In this document: one piece after another, positions 1 to 12,520 of the stretch
Layout of the letters: every line of letters begins with the position of its first letter
How positions within the stretch are numbered: the stretch's first letter is position 1
NCBI GenBank assembly: GCA_963772725.1
Contig: CAVYYI010000001.1
Location: 1,088,001-1,152,000, forward strand
Source: an uncultured Phycisphaerales bacterium
GTDB lineage: Bacteria > Planctomycetota > Phycisphaerae > Sedimentisphaerales > Anaerobacaceae
Length of the DNA: 64,000 nucleotides
Direction of reading: 5' to 3'
Notes under the pieces: model-generated
The model's database searches: none
Told to the model about the DNA's origin: nothing
What the model saw: only the letters and a program-made list of their open reading frames with translations
Made by a program: the position numbers and the translations under genes

Positions 1-3000
1 GCAACAGAATTATTCGAGCTGTTATCCGAAATTGTACAATTAAATATATCAGTCTCTGAATTACCAACAATGCAAACGCCTCCCGCAAAATTATTCGCAA
101 TAAGGCAATTTTTAATTTCCATGTTACCGTATAAAGCTGTATAGATACCTGCGCTATAATTACCAACAATGTCACGACCGTAGCCATTGTGAATAACCCG
201 GCAGTTAATTATCCTTGAATAATTACTGTTGTCATACGAACCGGCAAGATATATTCCCAAACAAGGGAAGTTTCTTATAATGCAGTTTTTTATTGTGCTA
301 TCACCCGAAGAAAGAGATATACCTCTTCCGGAATAATATCGAGAAAGAAGAGGGTTATAAATAAACGACAGGCCATTTATAACGGTTTCATAACCTGAGA
401 CACCTTTCATAGTGACCTCAGATTCAATGATTGTAGCGGCAACAATGGCGCGATTTTCGGGTTCGATGCTTTGTATTGTCAAAGATTTGGAGGAAGCAGA
501 AAATCCAGCATATTTACCCGGATGGATGATAATTATGTCACCATTTGCCGCGGCATTAACGGCCGATTGAGTTGTCGCATAATCCCCCGGCACATGAATT
601 TCTTTGGCTACTCTCAGATTGACAGTGATACTTTGCTGGGAGGTCTCAGCGGAGCGGATAGTAATGATTTTCGAGTAGGTTCCGCCAGTTAATCCCGCAG
701 GATTTATGGTAAATGTAACAGTATTAATCTCGTTTTTTTCGCATTGTCCGCTCATTGGAGTAATAGATGTTATCCAGTTATAGTCGGCGATTGGGTCGAT
801 AGACCAGTGTAACGTGTCATAACCGGTATTTGTAATAGTGAATGTCTTATCAATGGCATTTGAATCCTTGGGGGCATATACGGTGAACGAGGTTGGCGAG
901 ACAGATAAACTCGGCCCATACACTCTAAGGAATACAAATAACGTTTGCGGATTATTTTGTGCATTAGGAGCATTGATTGTAAATCGACAATAATTCATTC
1001 CATATTTTGCTTTACTTGGGTCAACAGAAATCGTAACAACACTATTGCCATCGGTAACTATTCCGCTCTGTGGAGTAACGCTGAGCCAGTTACCGTCGGC
1101 AGGCATCTGTATCTGCCAATTTAGCGTATCGTAGCCAGTATTTGTAATAGTAAGATTTTTCGGTGCAACGCTGCCGGTTTTGCCGTTAGAAATAAAATTA
1201 AAACCCGTTATGCTAAGGCCAATTTTGGGTCTCAAAACCTCAAGATTTACCGTAACTATTTGCGGACTATTTGCGGTATCGGGTGAAATCACAGTTAATT
1301 GGCAGCTATTTACTCCATAATTGGCCTGATTAGGGTCAACTGAAATATTAACAACACTATTACTGTCGGTAACTGTCCCGCTCTGGGGAGTGATGCTGAG
1401 CCAGTTGCAGTCGACAGACATCTGTATCTGCCAATTTATGGCGTCATGAGTGGAATTACTGAGTGTAAGATTTTGCGGTGCAACATAGCCGGTTTTACCA
1501 TTAGCAGTAAAACTAAAAAGGGTTTTGTTCAAATCCATTGTGGGCTTTGCAATGTAATTTTCATCATTCATATCTGTCGTGATGTTGGTATAAGTTCTGC
1601 TTGCCGGATTAAATCCATATCCTGTTTTTGACGGTGTGATGGTGCCCGACCAGTTGTAAGGCAGCGTTAAAGCATATTTACCGTTGGGGTCTGTTGATGT
1701 TGAGCCTGCTGCGCCGGCACTAATAGTAACCCCCGCTATCCCAACGCCGCCGGTATTTGTTACCGTTCCCGAAATTGCAGGCTTTATTGCTGTATAATTC
1801 TGGTCATTAAAATCTGCAGAGATATTTGTATAAGTCCTGTTTGCCGGATTAAATCCGTATTCGGTCTTTGCTGGCGTAACCGTCCCTGACCAGCCATAGA
1901 CGGCAGTTAATTCGTAATATCCATTGCTCGAAGTGGAAACAGTCGACAGCCCGGATGCATTAATTGACACACTGCTCACTCCAACCCCGTTTTTATCCAG
2001 CACGTATCCCCTTATCTTAAACCGCTTCTCAGTAAAATCTTTTCGTAAATCTGCCGTCAGGCTGGTAATTATTGAAGGTTCGCCAAAATAATATCCGCTC
2101 CTGGATGCCGCAAGATTTCCGCTCCATCCGTAAGGAACCTGCATTGTATAATAACCGCTCGAATTTGTAGTCGCCGAACCTGCTCCGCTTGCACTTATCA
2201 CAACACCTGATAAATACGAGCCTGAATAATTTTTGACATATCCATATATCGCAGGCCGAAAAGCCGCAAAGTTCTGGTTAACCTGGTCTGATATTACACT
2301 AATATAATCTTTTCCGGTAAAGCCGTATCCGGCTAAACTCGCCGATACCGTTCCACTCCAATCATAAGGAACAATAATTTCGTAAAAGCCGCTTGCGTTG
2401 GTTGTTGAACTTCCGCCGCCATTGGTGGAGGTTATTGAAACTCCGCTTAATACAGTGCCGTCGGACTTTTTCACGTAGCCGCTGATTTTGGGTTGATAGG
2501 GAGTGAAATTCTGGTCGGAGATATCCGCCGTAATATTGGAGAAGGTTCTGGGTGATTCGGGGAAGCTATAACCTGCCAGTGACGCTGTCAGTGTTCCGCT
2601 CCAGTTGTAAGGTACGGTAATACTGTAATAAAAGGATGAATCTGAAACGACGCTACCAACATCGCTTGCGGTGAGCGTTACGCCCTGGAGGCCGGTGTAA
2701 CCGGAAATTGTCGGCTGGAAAGCGGTGTAGTTTTGGCTGGTGAGATTATCGTGGGTATGGTAGTAACTTTGCGAAGTGGGAGTGATGAGCCAGCCGGTTT
2801 TTGCGGCGATTATTGTCCCTGTCCAGTTGTTCGGCACGGTTACCGTGTAAGAGCCGTCCGCACCGGTAATAGCCGAACCCGCCCCATTATCGCCGGTTAA
2901 GCTTACTCCCGCAACCCCTACACCGGCAGATGTTCTGACGAAACCTGATATTGTGAGGGTAGGCGGCGCCGCAAGAGTTGCAGATGTAAAAACCCCGCTC

Positions 3001-3044
3001 AATGTCCAAATTACGACAGCGAAAAACACCTTTTTCCCTGGCAT
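1..3044 (-). CDS. Large secreted/surface protein, 3' end outside window: signal peptide, about 6 carboxypeptidase-regulatory-like beta-sandwich repeats, 3 BACON-like repeats, right-handed beta-helix region
   Basis: Translated by hand from ATG 3044 (MPGKKVFFAVVIWTLSGVFTSATLA..., preceded by GAGGAG). Sampled segments stay in the same frame to the window edge. Repeats ISG...Y-x-x-x-VP-x-x-W-S-GT; repeats LTITNTGYDTLNW; then IHVPGDYATTQSAVNAA...IKNC repeats. Absent from the ORF track, consistent with no stop codon inside the window. Confidence 0.85.
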   Translation of the reverse strand, partial: MPGKKVFFAVVIWTLSGVFTSATLAAPPTLTISGFVRTSAGVGVAGVSLTGDNGAGSAITGADGSYTVTVPNNWTGTIIAAKTGWLITPTSQSYYHTHDNLTSQNYTAFQPTISGYTGLQGVTLTASDVGSVVSDSSFYYSITVPYNWSGTLTASLAGYSFPESPRTFSNITADISDQNFTPYQPKISGYVKKSDGTVLSGVSITSTNGGGSSTTNASGFYEIIVPYDWSGTVSASLAGYGFTGKDYISVISDQVNQNFAAFRPAIYGYVKNYSGSYLSGVVISASGAGSATTNSSGYYTMQVPYGWSGNLAASRSGYYFGEPSIITSLTADLRKDFTEKRFKIRGYVLDKNGVGVSSVSINASGLSTVSTSSNGYYELTAVYGWSGTVTPAKTEYGFNPANRTYTNISADFNDQNYTAIKPAISGTVTNTGGVGIAGVTISAGAAGSTSTDPNGKYALTLPYNWSGTITPSKTGYGFNPASRTYTNITTDMNDENYIAKPTMDLNKTLFSFTANGKTGYVAPQNLTLSNSTHDAINWQIQMSVDCNWLSITPQSGTVTDSNSVVNISVDPNQANYGVNSCQLTVISPDTANSPQIVTVNLEVLRPKIGLSITGFNFISNGKTGSVAPKNLTITNTGYDTLNWQIQMPADGNWLSVTPQSGIVTDGNSVVTISVDPSKAKYGMNYCRFTINAPNAQNNPQTLFVFLRVYGPSLSVSPTSFTVYAPKDSNAIDKTFTITNTGYDTLHWSIDPIADYNWITSITPMSGQCEKNEINTVTFTINPAGLTGGTYSKIITIRSAETSQQSITVNLRVAKEIHVPGDYATTQSAVNAAANGDIIIIHPGKYAGFSASSKSLTIQSIEPENRAIVAATIIESEVTMKGVSGYETVINGLSFIYNPLLSRYYSGRGISLSSGDSTIKNCIIRNFPCLGIYLAGSYDNSNYSRIINCRVIHNGYGRDIVGNYSAGIYTALYGNMEIKNCLIANNFAGGVCIVGNSETDIFNCTISDNSSNNSV

Positions 3045-3304
3045 CGTTAGCTCCTCACTACATTTTCGCACCTTCAATATTAGGCAGATTCCCATCGCCG
3101 CCTAAAAGTTTGTGCATTTTAACATAAAGAATTATTAGTAAGCAACAAAATTTTTTTGCTTTTTAAAGATTTCTAAATAATCCTGAGAAGACATGCCCAG
3201 TATCAGTGTTATCCATTTTTACCATTTAGGATGGATTCAACATGTTCACAACGTGTTTTAGAATAAATCGGCAGGGTGAGCCTCGCCCTACATTGCGGTG
3301 GTTT

Positions 3305-4243
3305 TTAGAGGAGGTTGTTACGATACCAGTTAATGGCGAAGGCCAGGCCGTCATGGAAAGATATGACGGGTTTAAAGCCAATAAGTTTTTTGGCTAAGCT
3401 GATATCGGCGAGGGAATGCTTGACGTCGCCTGCTCTTGAGGGTTCGTAGTTTGGCTTAACGTTGTTGCCGGTCAAATCGTTAATCATTCTGATGATTTCG
3501 TTGACTGTAACGGCTTCGCCGCAAGCGATATTTATGACCTCGCCCGCGGTGTGTTTGACTCTGGCGGCGAGGAGGTTAGCTTCGACGACGTTGTCGATAT
3601 AAGTGAAGTCGCGGCTTTGTTCGCCGTCACCGTAAATTGTGGGTGATTGGCCTTTCAATATGGAGGTGACAAAGGCGGGTATCGCGGCGGCGTACTGGCT
3701 TGTGGGGTCCTGATACGGGCCGAAAACATTGAAGTAACGCAGGGAAATTGTTTCAAGGCCGAAGACCTTGTAGAAAACGGAGCAGTAATATTCGCCGACG
3801 AGTTTGGCTACGGCGTATGGGGAAAGCGGGCTGGTCAGCATCGATTCTGTTTTAGGCAGAGTCGGGGTATCACCGTATGCGGAACTACTGGCGGCGTAGA
3901 CGAAGCGTTTTATTTTGGTGTCGCGGGCGGCCATAAGAAGGGTAAAAGTCGCATCGACGCAGTTTTTATGGGTAGCAACGGGGTTATCAACGCTTTTAGG
4001 CACGGAGGGCAGAGCGCCTTCGTGGAGAACAATGTCGATGCCCTTCATGGCTGAGCGGGCAACATCGGGGTCACCCATATCAGCCTGGATAAATTCGATT
4101 TTATTTATGATGTCATTAAGATTGCTTTTCTTGCCGGTTAGGAGGTTATCGAGAACGCGGACAAAACAGCCCTGCGCGACGAATTTTCTGCAGATATTCG
4201 AGCCTATGAATCCGGCACCGCCGGTTACCAGAAACTTTTCCAT
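3305..4243 (-). CDS. NAD-dependent nucleotide-sugar epimerase/dehydratase (extended SDR, WbpP-like)
   Basis: TGGAGFIG, ASSSAYG, YAVAK and LRYFNVFGP motifs; start placed at MEKFLVTGG. Confidence 0.92.
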   Translation of the reverse strand: MEKFLVTGGAGFIGSNICRKFVAQGCFVRVLDNLLTGKKSNLNDIINKIEFIQADMGDPDVARSAMKGIDIVLHEGALPSVPKSVDNPVATHKNCVDATFTLLMAARDTKIKRFVYAASSSAYGDTPTLPKTESMLTSPLSPYAVAKLVGEYYCSVFYKVFGLETISLRYFNVFGPYQDPTSQYAAAIPAFVTSILKGQSPTIYGDGEQSRDFTYIDNVVEANLLAARVKHTAGEVINIACGEAVTVNEIIRMINDLTGNNVKPNYEPSRAGDVKHSLADISLAKKLIGFKPVISFHDGLAFAINWYRNNLL

Positions 4244-4448
4244 AAATTCGCCTTTCATAAAAAGTTCAAAAATCAAAGTTTAAAATGCAAAATCGTGGAA
4301 TCCCGACTTCGCCGAGATGCTATTTCTATTATTATAGCCGATATCATAAGTTTTAACTTGTTCTAAAGAAATTATGGATTCCCGCTTTCGCTGGATAACG
4401 GCAACGGGCAATCGGCTTTTATTAACCGCGATTGATATTATATTGCGG

Positions 4449-6701
4449 TTAGGTCGGATTTGCAAGCTGAAGCTCACGATATTTCTGGTAAGACTTAAAT
4501 TGCTCATCGAAGTAGCCGCCTTTCATGGCCTTGACGGCAAACAAAACACAACCGAATAACGTCGCGTTTACCTCTCTGAATTCACGAATTGTCCGCATCG
4601 CGGCACCTCTGTGGGTGCTGTCAGCATTAAATACGAGGAGCGTGCCATCGACGTGCCTGGCGAGAGGTTTAACTGCGCTGACAAGCAAAGCCGGCGGACC
4701 ATCAATTATAATATAATCATAATTCTCCCGCTGACGACTAATCAACTGCTCCATGCGGACGCCGCTAAGTAATTCGGTGGGATCGGAAGGCAGCAGACCT
4801 GAATCAATCACATCGAAGCCGTCTATGCCTGTTGAGCGTATAGCCTCCTGGTAACCGCCTAAGCCCGTTAATAAAGTACTCAGCCCAAACTCAGACTGTT
4901 CGTACTGGCCGTTCTGTTCCTGCTGACCATTGGAATTAGGAAATACTTTATGCAATTTCGGTCTCCAGAAATTGGCGTCTATAATCAAAATCTTTTTACC
5001 TTCGCCAATAAGGGCACAGGCAAGATTGACCGCGACGGCAGTCTTGCCTTCGCCGGCATTGCCGCTGCTTACCAGCAACACTTTTGAATTTTCAGAAGAG
5101 ACGGAAAGTTTAAGGTTACTCTTAAGCCGCCGATACGACTCGCTTATGATTGAATAAGGAGATTGAAGCACAATACGGCAAAGGTCGGCATTATTGGTGA
5201 GACTATCATCTTCATCGGCATCAGGAATAATTCCCAAAAGTGGAATCTGCAAAAATCTGATAACGTCCCTTGGGGTTCTCACTTTATCATTGAGTAATTC
5301 CACAAGAAAAGCCAGTCCTACGCCGAGCATTAAGCCCAAAAACGTACCGCCTGGAAAATAAGTGTACCATAATGGAGAACTCATTTTAAGCGGTTCCGGC
5401 GCACGTGTTACTCTATGCACCTTGGGTGTGTCCGGGTCGTCGAGCATTATTCTCCATTTTGTGATATCATTTCTAAGGTCATCAAGCCTGGATTTTATTG
5501 CATCCCTGATTGCCGCCTGACGCTCATAAGCTGCGCGAGCCAAATCGAGGTCCTGTTTTTTGGCCGCTGCATCGTCTATTAATTTTTGTAAATCCTCAAG
5601 ATTTTGCTGCTGAACAATCAACGCATCCTGAGTATTTTTAAGATTGGCCTGCCGTGTCTGGTTGGCAATATCAGTCTGCCTGGCCTCTCTTTTGGCTTTT
5701 GTCTCGTTTATCATTTCCTGCATTCTGCGTACTTCCCTGTGAGTTTCGCCAAATCGCGTCAACAGACCAGCAAGTGTAGTCTCCTGCGTGGCAAGCTGCT
5801 GAGTAAGCATTATCATTGTTGGGTCAGTCTCTACAGCATTCTCAATTTGTGCGTCAATCGGGCTGTCAACCTGCTGCTGAAGAATTTTTACATTCGTCTC
5901 AACACGATTTTTTTCCTGAATACGCTGATTTTGCTCCAATTGGAGACTGGAAAGTTTTATTTCCACTTCCTGCTGGAAGCCGTGCTCCTTGAGGTCAGTA
6001 AATTTCGTCTGTTTGCGAATATCATCAATAACATTTTCGGCAGCCAGCAGGTCTTGTTGAATTTTGGCCTCCTCATCACTAAGCCCTTTAAGCTTGTTTT
6101 GAATATCAGCCTTTGTACTAGCTCCCTGTGTATTAACAAACAAATCTATCATTTCGTTCACTATAAGAGCCGATTCCTCGGGACTCCCGCACGTCATTGA
6201 TACAACAATAAAATCGCCGTCCCTCAAAGGATTGGCATGAAAATTCTGTGCTAAATCTTCAACAGCAGCCTTAATACATTCGTCAATATTATTTGGATCG
6301 GCAAAACTTTTGAACCATTTTGTTCTCTTGATTGTGTCTACATTAACCAAGTCTCTAAGGTTACCCTGTCCAGTCATAAGTGACGCCATGGATACGCGAT
6401 AACCATATTGGATTTCTTTGGATGATTCACTACCTCCAATAATTGTAGGGTCTTTGGCGGTAGGAGATGTAACCCTCACATACGTTGCTGCCGTATATTT
6501 GGGGGCATATTTCCTTAAAAGATACCAGCTTATCCCGCCAATTAGAAGACCTAATATAGTAAGAGAAACCATCATAAATATGTGTCGGCGCAAGATTCCA
6601 ACAATATCTTTGGGGGTCAGCGCATTCAGTGAAGATGACACGTGACCGTTCGGTGTTGCCGTTCTCACCTGCGGTATTTGTAATTGTTTCTGTTCTGCCA
6701 T
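4449..6701 (-). CDS. wzc: Polysaccharide co-polymerase / tyrosine autokinase (Wzc/GumC-like)
   Basis: Two TM helices flanking a periplasmic coiled coil, Walker A GEGKT, YDYIIIDGPP, C-terminal Tyr cluster GYFDEQFKSYQKY. Confidence 0.9.
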   Translation of the reverse strand: MAEQKQLQIPQVRTATPNGHVSSSLNALTPKDIVGILRRHIFMMVSLTILGLLIGGISWYLLRKYAPKYTAATYVRVTSPTAKDPTIIGGSESSKEIQYGYRVSMASLMTGQGNLRDLVNVDTIKRTKWFKSFADPNNIDECIKAAVEDLAQNFHANPLRDGDFIVVSMTCGSPEESALIVNEMIDLFVNTQGASTKADIQNKLKGLSDEEAKIQQDLLAAENVIDDIRKQTKFTDLKEHGFQQEVEIKLSSLQLEQNQRIQEKNRVETNVKILQQQVDSPIDAQIENAVETDPTMIMLTQQLATQETTLAGLLTRFGETHREVRRMQEMINETKAKREARQTDIANQTRQANLKNTQDALIVQQQNLEDLQKLIDDAAAKKQDLDLARAAYERQAAIRDAIKSRLDDLRNDITKWRIMLDDPDTPKVHRVTRAPEPLKMSSPLWYTYFPGGTFLGLMLGVGLAFLVELLNDKVRTPRDVIRFLQIPLLGIIPDADEDDSLTNNADLCRIVLQSPYSIISESYRRLKSNLKLSVSSENSKVLLVSSGNAGEGKTAVAVNLACALIGEGKKILIIDANFWRPKLHKVFPNSNGQQEQNGQYEQSEFGLSTLLTGLGGYQEAIRSTGIDGFDVIDSGLLPSDPTELLSGVRMEQLISRQRENYDYIIIDGPPALLVSAVKPLARHVDGTLLVFNADSTHRGAAMRTIREFREVNATLFGCVLFAVKAMKGGYFDEQFKSYQKYRELQLANPT

Positions 6702-6725
6702 AACTTAACCAAGCGTTAAAGAAAA

Positions 6726-9700
6726 TTAATTTTTCGACACACGTTCTATCGCCTTATTCAATCGCTCGCTGCTTAATTTAGGAGCCGACTTATTTCCACT
6801 CAACAACTCCGCAGCTTTCTTATATGCCGCCAAAGCGCCTGCCTTATCTTGAAGTTTTTCTTTTATCATTCCCAAATGCTCATACACATCAGACGGCACA
6901 GCTATTTTCCTCGCCTCGAATTGCTTAAGCGATGAAATCGCGGCGATCTGCGCCTCCTCATATTTATTGTTCCTGTACATCGCATAAGCATAAGTATCCA
7001 AAAAACCCGGATTATTCGGGTTCGCATCACAAGCCTGTTTGGCATATTTAAGGGCATCGCCGAACCTTTCATTACTTTCAAGCAGCACATACGCGAGATT
7101 ATTCATCACATTAAAGTTATTCGGCATTTCTGACAACAGACTTTCGTATTCTTCGACAGCTTTCTTAAGGTAACTATTATCGGCCCTTGCATTGTATGCC
7201 ATCTGAAAAGCGCCGGTTTTCAGCATAATACATTCAAGACGCAACGGATTATTAGGCTCTAACGGTTTAATACATTTATCGATATATTCAATTGCCTTAT
7301 CATGTTCTTCATTTAATTTTGCGAGATTAAACATTGTATAATTGGCTGAATATGAATTTGGATTCTGCTGGAGCTTTTCGGTACAAACTTTTTTGATCTC
7401 CTCAGCTCCCAATATAAAGAAAACCTGTTTCAAAACGTTAGCCAGATAAGTCTCGTTATTTTCCGCTTTATCAATGGCTTTCCTGCAATACTGGACAGCG
7501 GACTCCTTGTCTCCGAGTCTTGACTTCGCCTCGGCCATCCACAAGAAAGCAATCGGAGCAAAATCGCCATTTACATATTTTCCGGCTTCTTCAATAACTT
7601 TATCGGGCTTGCCCTCCATCATAATAGCCTGCAGATATCCGTCAAAAGCGCCAATATTTTCGTCTCTATTATTGCTGGTTTTATTCATAGCGATCTTGTA
7701 CAATTTCTCGGCTTTTTCATATTCTTTTCCCGATAATGCAAATGCAGCGGCGCTACTATACCAGTACGGCATGTCGGGATATTTACCGATTGCTTCCATA
7801 TACAATTCTTCCAATGCCTTTTTCTTTCCGAGTCTCTGATAAGTCTGCTCAAGAAGACGGTAGCTTTCCATGGCAACTCCCTGGTAGTCAACAATACTCT
7901 TAAGCTCGATTATCGCATCGTCTTCGCGCCCTTCGTTTAAATAAGCCTTTGCCAGCGAAAGCCTGGTAAGAGGCTCATCTGTGATAGATTTGCTTTTTCC
8001 AAAGTCGATTATGGCCTGCTTATATTCTCCATTGAGGCTGTTTATTTCTCCTCTCAGCCGCCATGCAACAGCATTACTCTGATTCACCTCAAGACTTTGA
8101 TTAACCAGCTTCATCGCCTCATTCAGCCTGCCTTTTTCTATGGCAAGCCACGCCTCATAAAGTGATAGCCTGGGTTCATTTTTATATTTTTCTCTGAGAC
8201 TCTGCAATTTGGGTTCAACTTCCCTGACAAGACCAAGTCTCAAATACGTTTCGATTTGCAGAAGATGGTTTTCTATGCTATCTTCGATCAATAACAGCTC
8301 TTCCGAATATTTCTTTACTGCCTCTCTGTCTTCCATCATCGTTGATACACGAATAAGGCCGGTAACAACATCTTTGTCGCGGGGCTTTGTTTTATAAACA
8401 CCGTCAAGTATGGCTTTTGCCTCATTTAGTCTCCCTGTGCGAATGTAGTATCTCCATAATAACTTTGGGTCTGATTCTCCAAGTAATTTTTCCGCTTTTT
8501 CATCCTGTCCCGTCTCTCGGTAGTACTCGGCATAAATGCTTAATACGGTGTTATTCTGAGGGTCTATACTTTGGGCCTGCTTAAATGATGATTCTGCGAT
8601 TTCCAGCAGGGCCTTTCGCCTGGCCTGGTCGCTTTTTTCCTGCCCTGCCATTCGCATCGCCATTCTGCCAAGTAACAACGCGTTATCCAAACTCGGGACT
8701 GCCTTTTGCAAACTCTGCCTGATAGCCAGAGCAGAATTCGCATCCGTTTCGCTTATATATTCCGCATAAACACTTTGAAGCTGCAAATCCGCCGGGTTCA
8801 GCCGTATCGCATTTATCAAAGCGCTTTTTACCTCTCCAAGCTGTACGGGGGTAACAATCTTTCCGAGCTTTACATTACGCTGATAAATAGTATTTGCGAA
8901 CGCTTTGGCGATAGCTCCATCAAGAGGATTAAGCGAAGCGGCCTTCATGGCATCATCGGCGGCCATCTTGTCATTTCCAAGTGCAGAATTGATGGTACTT
9001 CTAAGCAGCATAGCGTATGAAAAAACCGGCCGCATTTTCAAACACTCCTCAACCTCTGCCAATGCATTGTTATATTCCTGTTTTTCCGTATCGAGGCGAG
9101 CAGAGAAAAACTTACCTTCGCATTCGTCAACATTTGCAACTTGCGCAACATTTACGATCTGCTCGGCAAGACCCCAGTCTTTGTTTCTGATAGCTATATC
9201 AAAAAGGCGGCTCAGCGACACCTGCTGAGAATCAGTCATATTTGCATCCTTTTTCCCGACAAATAAAGGCTCGACAACCTTTTTGAACTCTTCCGCCGCC
9301 AGATTAGGTTCATTATTTTTCTGATAAAACAAACCAAACCCCACGGCGCGGCGTTCGGGGTCTTTTATATTAGACATTACTTCCTTTTCTATTTGTCTGA
9401 CTCTTTCCTGAGAGACATTGCCGGGGTCAGGTTCAGAAAGCAGGCTCTTATAAAAAGCAATCGTTGAATTGTTGGGGAAACGCTCCAAACATCGCTCTAT
9501 TAAATCCTTTGCCTTGGCGATATTCTTTTCCGCCACGTAATTATTACAGACAGAAACAATAGAGGATTCCTCAACTGAATTGGGTTCTGTCGCCAGAAGT
9601 TTTATTACTAATTCAGTCCAGGCATTCCTGTAATTTTTTACTTCCTTCTGCATTTGTTGAATGGAGTTTTCTGACTCAGTATCTTTCACCCCTTTGGGTA

Positions 9701-11617
9701 ATACAGCATCCAAATTCATCTGAGCCAGTTTCTGGTTTACGGTCGATTGTATCTGTTCAATATGAGCCTGAATCAGGGAAATCTTCAGTTTAATAACGTT
9801 TGAATCTTCAGTGCTAAAAATTTTACTTTTGGTCAATTCCGCTTCAGCTTTATCGAACTGTCCTGAGGCTATATACGCCTTAACGCGCAGAATTAGGCTT
9901 CTATCATTGGACCAATATTCATTTTCAAAATAGTTCGTTAGTGCCAGTGCCTCATTACCATATTTTAACTTCAATAAAACATCTGCGCAATCCAGAAGTG
10001 ATTCCGGTTTGGCGTCATCAATTTTGTCAACCGCAGTTCTATCCGATAAGCTTAGTGCGTTTCCAAAGAATTCCAACGCCGCCCCAAGTTCATCCGTATT
10101 TGCGAAGATTTTACCAAGAAAATAGGAAAGCTGTGGGTCTCGCTGGTCGGCTGATTTCATACGTTCATAGATTAAATAGAGTTTTCTGACGGCACCACTT
10201 GTATTGCCTTTCGCAAGGTCGAGCATCCCACGCCATTTTATGACACGCGGGTCTTCATTCGTACCTGACATCTGCTCTATTTCATGTACATACTGCTCTC
10301 CATCTGCGAGCAGCTTCTGCATTTCTGATTCTGTCTTATTCCCCGCGAAATTAAGCTCAATCGTCCTTTCTATGCAGCAGTTGGCAAGGAAGGTATATAA
10401 AACCGCTCTATTAAACCTGTTCACGTAATAATAAGGACCAGGTTTGTCCTGGGCTTCCGGCAGCAAAAGAACGCTTTTCGCAAGTTCTACTGCTTTATCA
10501 AAATCCGTTTGACGCCCATAAATTGAAAACCTCCGATAGTATAAACTCGCCGCATTCACGATAGATGCAATATTATTCTTGTCCAGTTCAATCGCCTTTT
10601 CAATAGCCTTTATCGCCTCATCAAGATTTTTATGCCCAAGTCTCTGATAAAATGTTGATAATGCCGCGTAAGCCAAAACGCTTGTATCAAATTTTTTAGT
10701 AAGCGCCAGGTACTCGGGCTCAAGAGTTTTCAGCTGGGCCTGTGTAGCCATCTCTGCAAATACAGGCTTCATCACCAAAAGATTGATATGCGCTTTTACA
10801 TCTGTATCCGCCGCTTTTACCGCGTCTTCCAGAAATTCCTTTGCCTGCAGCCTGTTTTTCTTTTTCCCATCAAAATCGCCTTTAGAAGATAATATTTCAC
10901 CTTTTGTGATAAATGCCTGCGATAAATACCAATATGCGTTTGTATTGCCAGGTTCAATTTCCCGTACCTTTTTCAAATTATCTATAGCCGTATCAAGCGC
11001 TTCTTCACGGTTATTAACCCCACCACCCCTTGCCATCTCGAATGCAGCTTTACCCTTAAGCATGTATAGATACGAATCTATCCGTTTACAATTGTTCTCT
11101 TCGCGTGTTTCAAAAGATTCCCATTTGGCGGTAGGCTCTGAAAGTATATTCGCATCGGCCAATTCTAAAAACTTGGTTGCCTGTGACTCAACTTCTTTCC
11201 AGTAACCGCTTGCTCCATTATCAGCCATTATATTAATGTATCGCAGTATGGCGTAACGGGCTTTGAAGCTTTTAGGGCCTATCCGAACTATTTCGTCCCA
11301 GCATCCAAGAACATTCTGCCACTTTTCAATCTTTTGATAAATATCAGAAAGCTTATAAAGAACCTCTATCTTGCGAGAATCCGTTTTTAATCTGGCGCCG
11401 CCCTGAGATAGTTAAGAGCTGCCTTTTCATATTCTTCTTTTTTCACCTGCTGGTCTGTTGCCTTATCGGCCATTGCTACAGCCGCATCACCATCTGCAAT
11501 AAATTTTTCAGGGTCCCGACTCAAACGCAAAACAACCAGAATAGCGCCCAGTAATAAAACCGCTAAAACCGAGGCTCCAAGCAATGCAACTTTCTTGTTC
11601 AATCTCTTTTTTGCCAT
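6726..11617 (-). CDS. Giant TPR-repeat protein with N-terminal membrane anchor, split by one frameshift near 11395-11402
   Basis: ORF 11387..11617 (TM anchor) continues in another frame (ARLKTDSRKIEVLYKLSDIY...) into ORF 6726..11228; TPR motifs such as NNLAYVL and LDTYAYAMY. Confidence 0.8.
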
Positions 11618-11656
11618 AATTCAGTCCTGTTACATTAAATAAAAATTTTCGTTAAA

Positions 11657-12520
11657 TCACATTTTCTTGAGTTCGGGCCAATATTCTTTTTCTAAAATCG
11701 GTAAAATTACACTTAGTAATTTCCCACTTGCCTTAACCGCTTCTTCCTTTTTGGGATAAATTGCCGCGCCAAAAGCGGTAGTATTAAAAAACTTCCATTC
11801 AACTTTGGAGAAATACGAATATTTGCCAAAAATGTTTTCATTTAAAATCCTTCTTACCTCTTCTCTGCCATTGGCATAACTGCCATTGACGCTGAAAAAG
11901 TATAGAATCGGAAATGCGGAATCTTCGCCAAATTGCAGTCCATCCCTGTTTTTTATGCCGAAAGCAATGTATTTTGCCGGAATTTCGCGATTAGCTACCA
12001 TCACATTTTCCCCCGCCGCGTTTACAGCGTTATTATCCTGTACCTCTAACGTGACTTTTTCGGGACTAAGATTCCTACGGAAATGTTGTTGGTCGTTAGA
12101 TATCTCTAAAGTTATGCCTTCTGAACCAAGGTTTTGATAGCCGCCGCCGGTATAACATTCTTCAGGCACATGAGGCACCCTGTCAGGCAGTCCATAATAC
12201 GTGATAAACAATAAGCACTTGCGAACCGGGCTGTCAACGGGGGTATTAGTATCCTCCAAAACCCATTGAATATAATCTCTTGTGCCGAGCTTTTGGAGAA
12301 TCTCCTCATTTTCAATTTTATCTTTCGCGACCACTCGATAAGGTCCCAAATCATTTTTATCAAGAAGGTCTAAAGATCTCTTCAGCAACACCGGCTCTTT
12401 TTTAAGGAACACTTTGAATTTCTCTACTATAACAGACATAGTTATTCCCGAGACAGCCAGAACCACAGTGCATATCAGAAAAGCTCCATCTTTTTTTATG
12501 TATTGTGTTATATCTCTCAT
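11657..12520 (-). CDS. epsI: Exosortase-associated EpsI-like periplasmic protein
   Basis: N-terminal TM, LFITYY...HVPEECYTGGGY motif, overlaps the exosortase stop codon. Confidence 0.75.
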   Translation of the reverse strand: MRDITQYIKKDGAFLICTVVLAVSGITMSVIVEKFKVFLKKEPVLLKRSLDLLDKNDLGPYRVVAKDKIENEEILQKLGTRDYIQWVLEDTNTPVDSPVRKCLLFITYYGLPDRVPHVPEECYTGGGYQNLGSEGITLEISNDQQHFRRNLSPEKVTLEVQDNNAVNAAGENVMVANREIPAKYIAFGIKNRDGLQFGEDSAFPILYFFSVNGSYANGREEVRRILNENIFGKYSYFSKVEWKFFNTTAFGAAIYPKKEEAVKASGKLLSVILPILEKEYWPELKKM

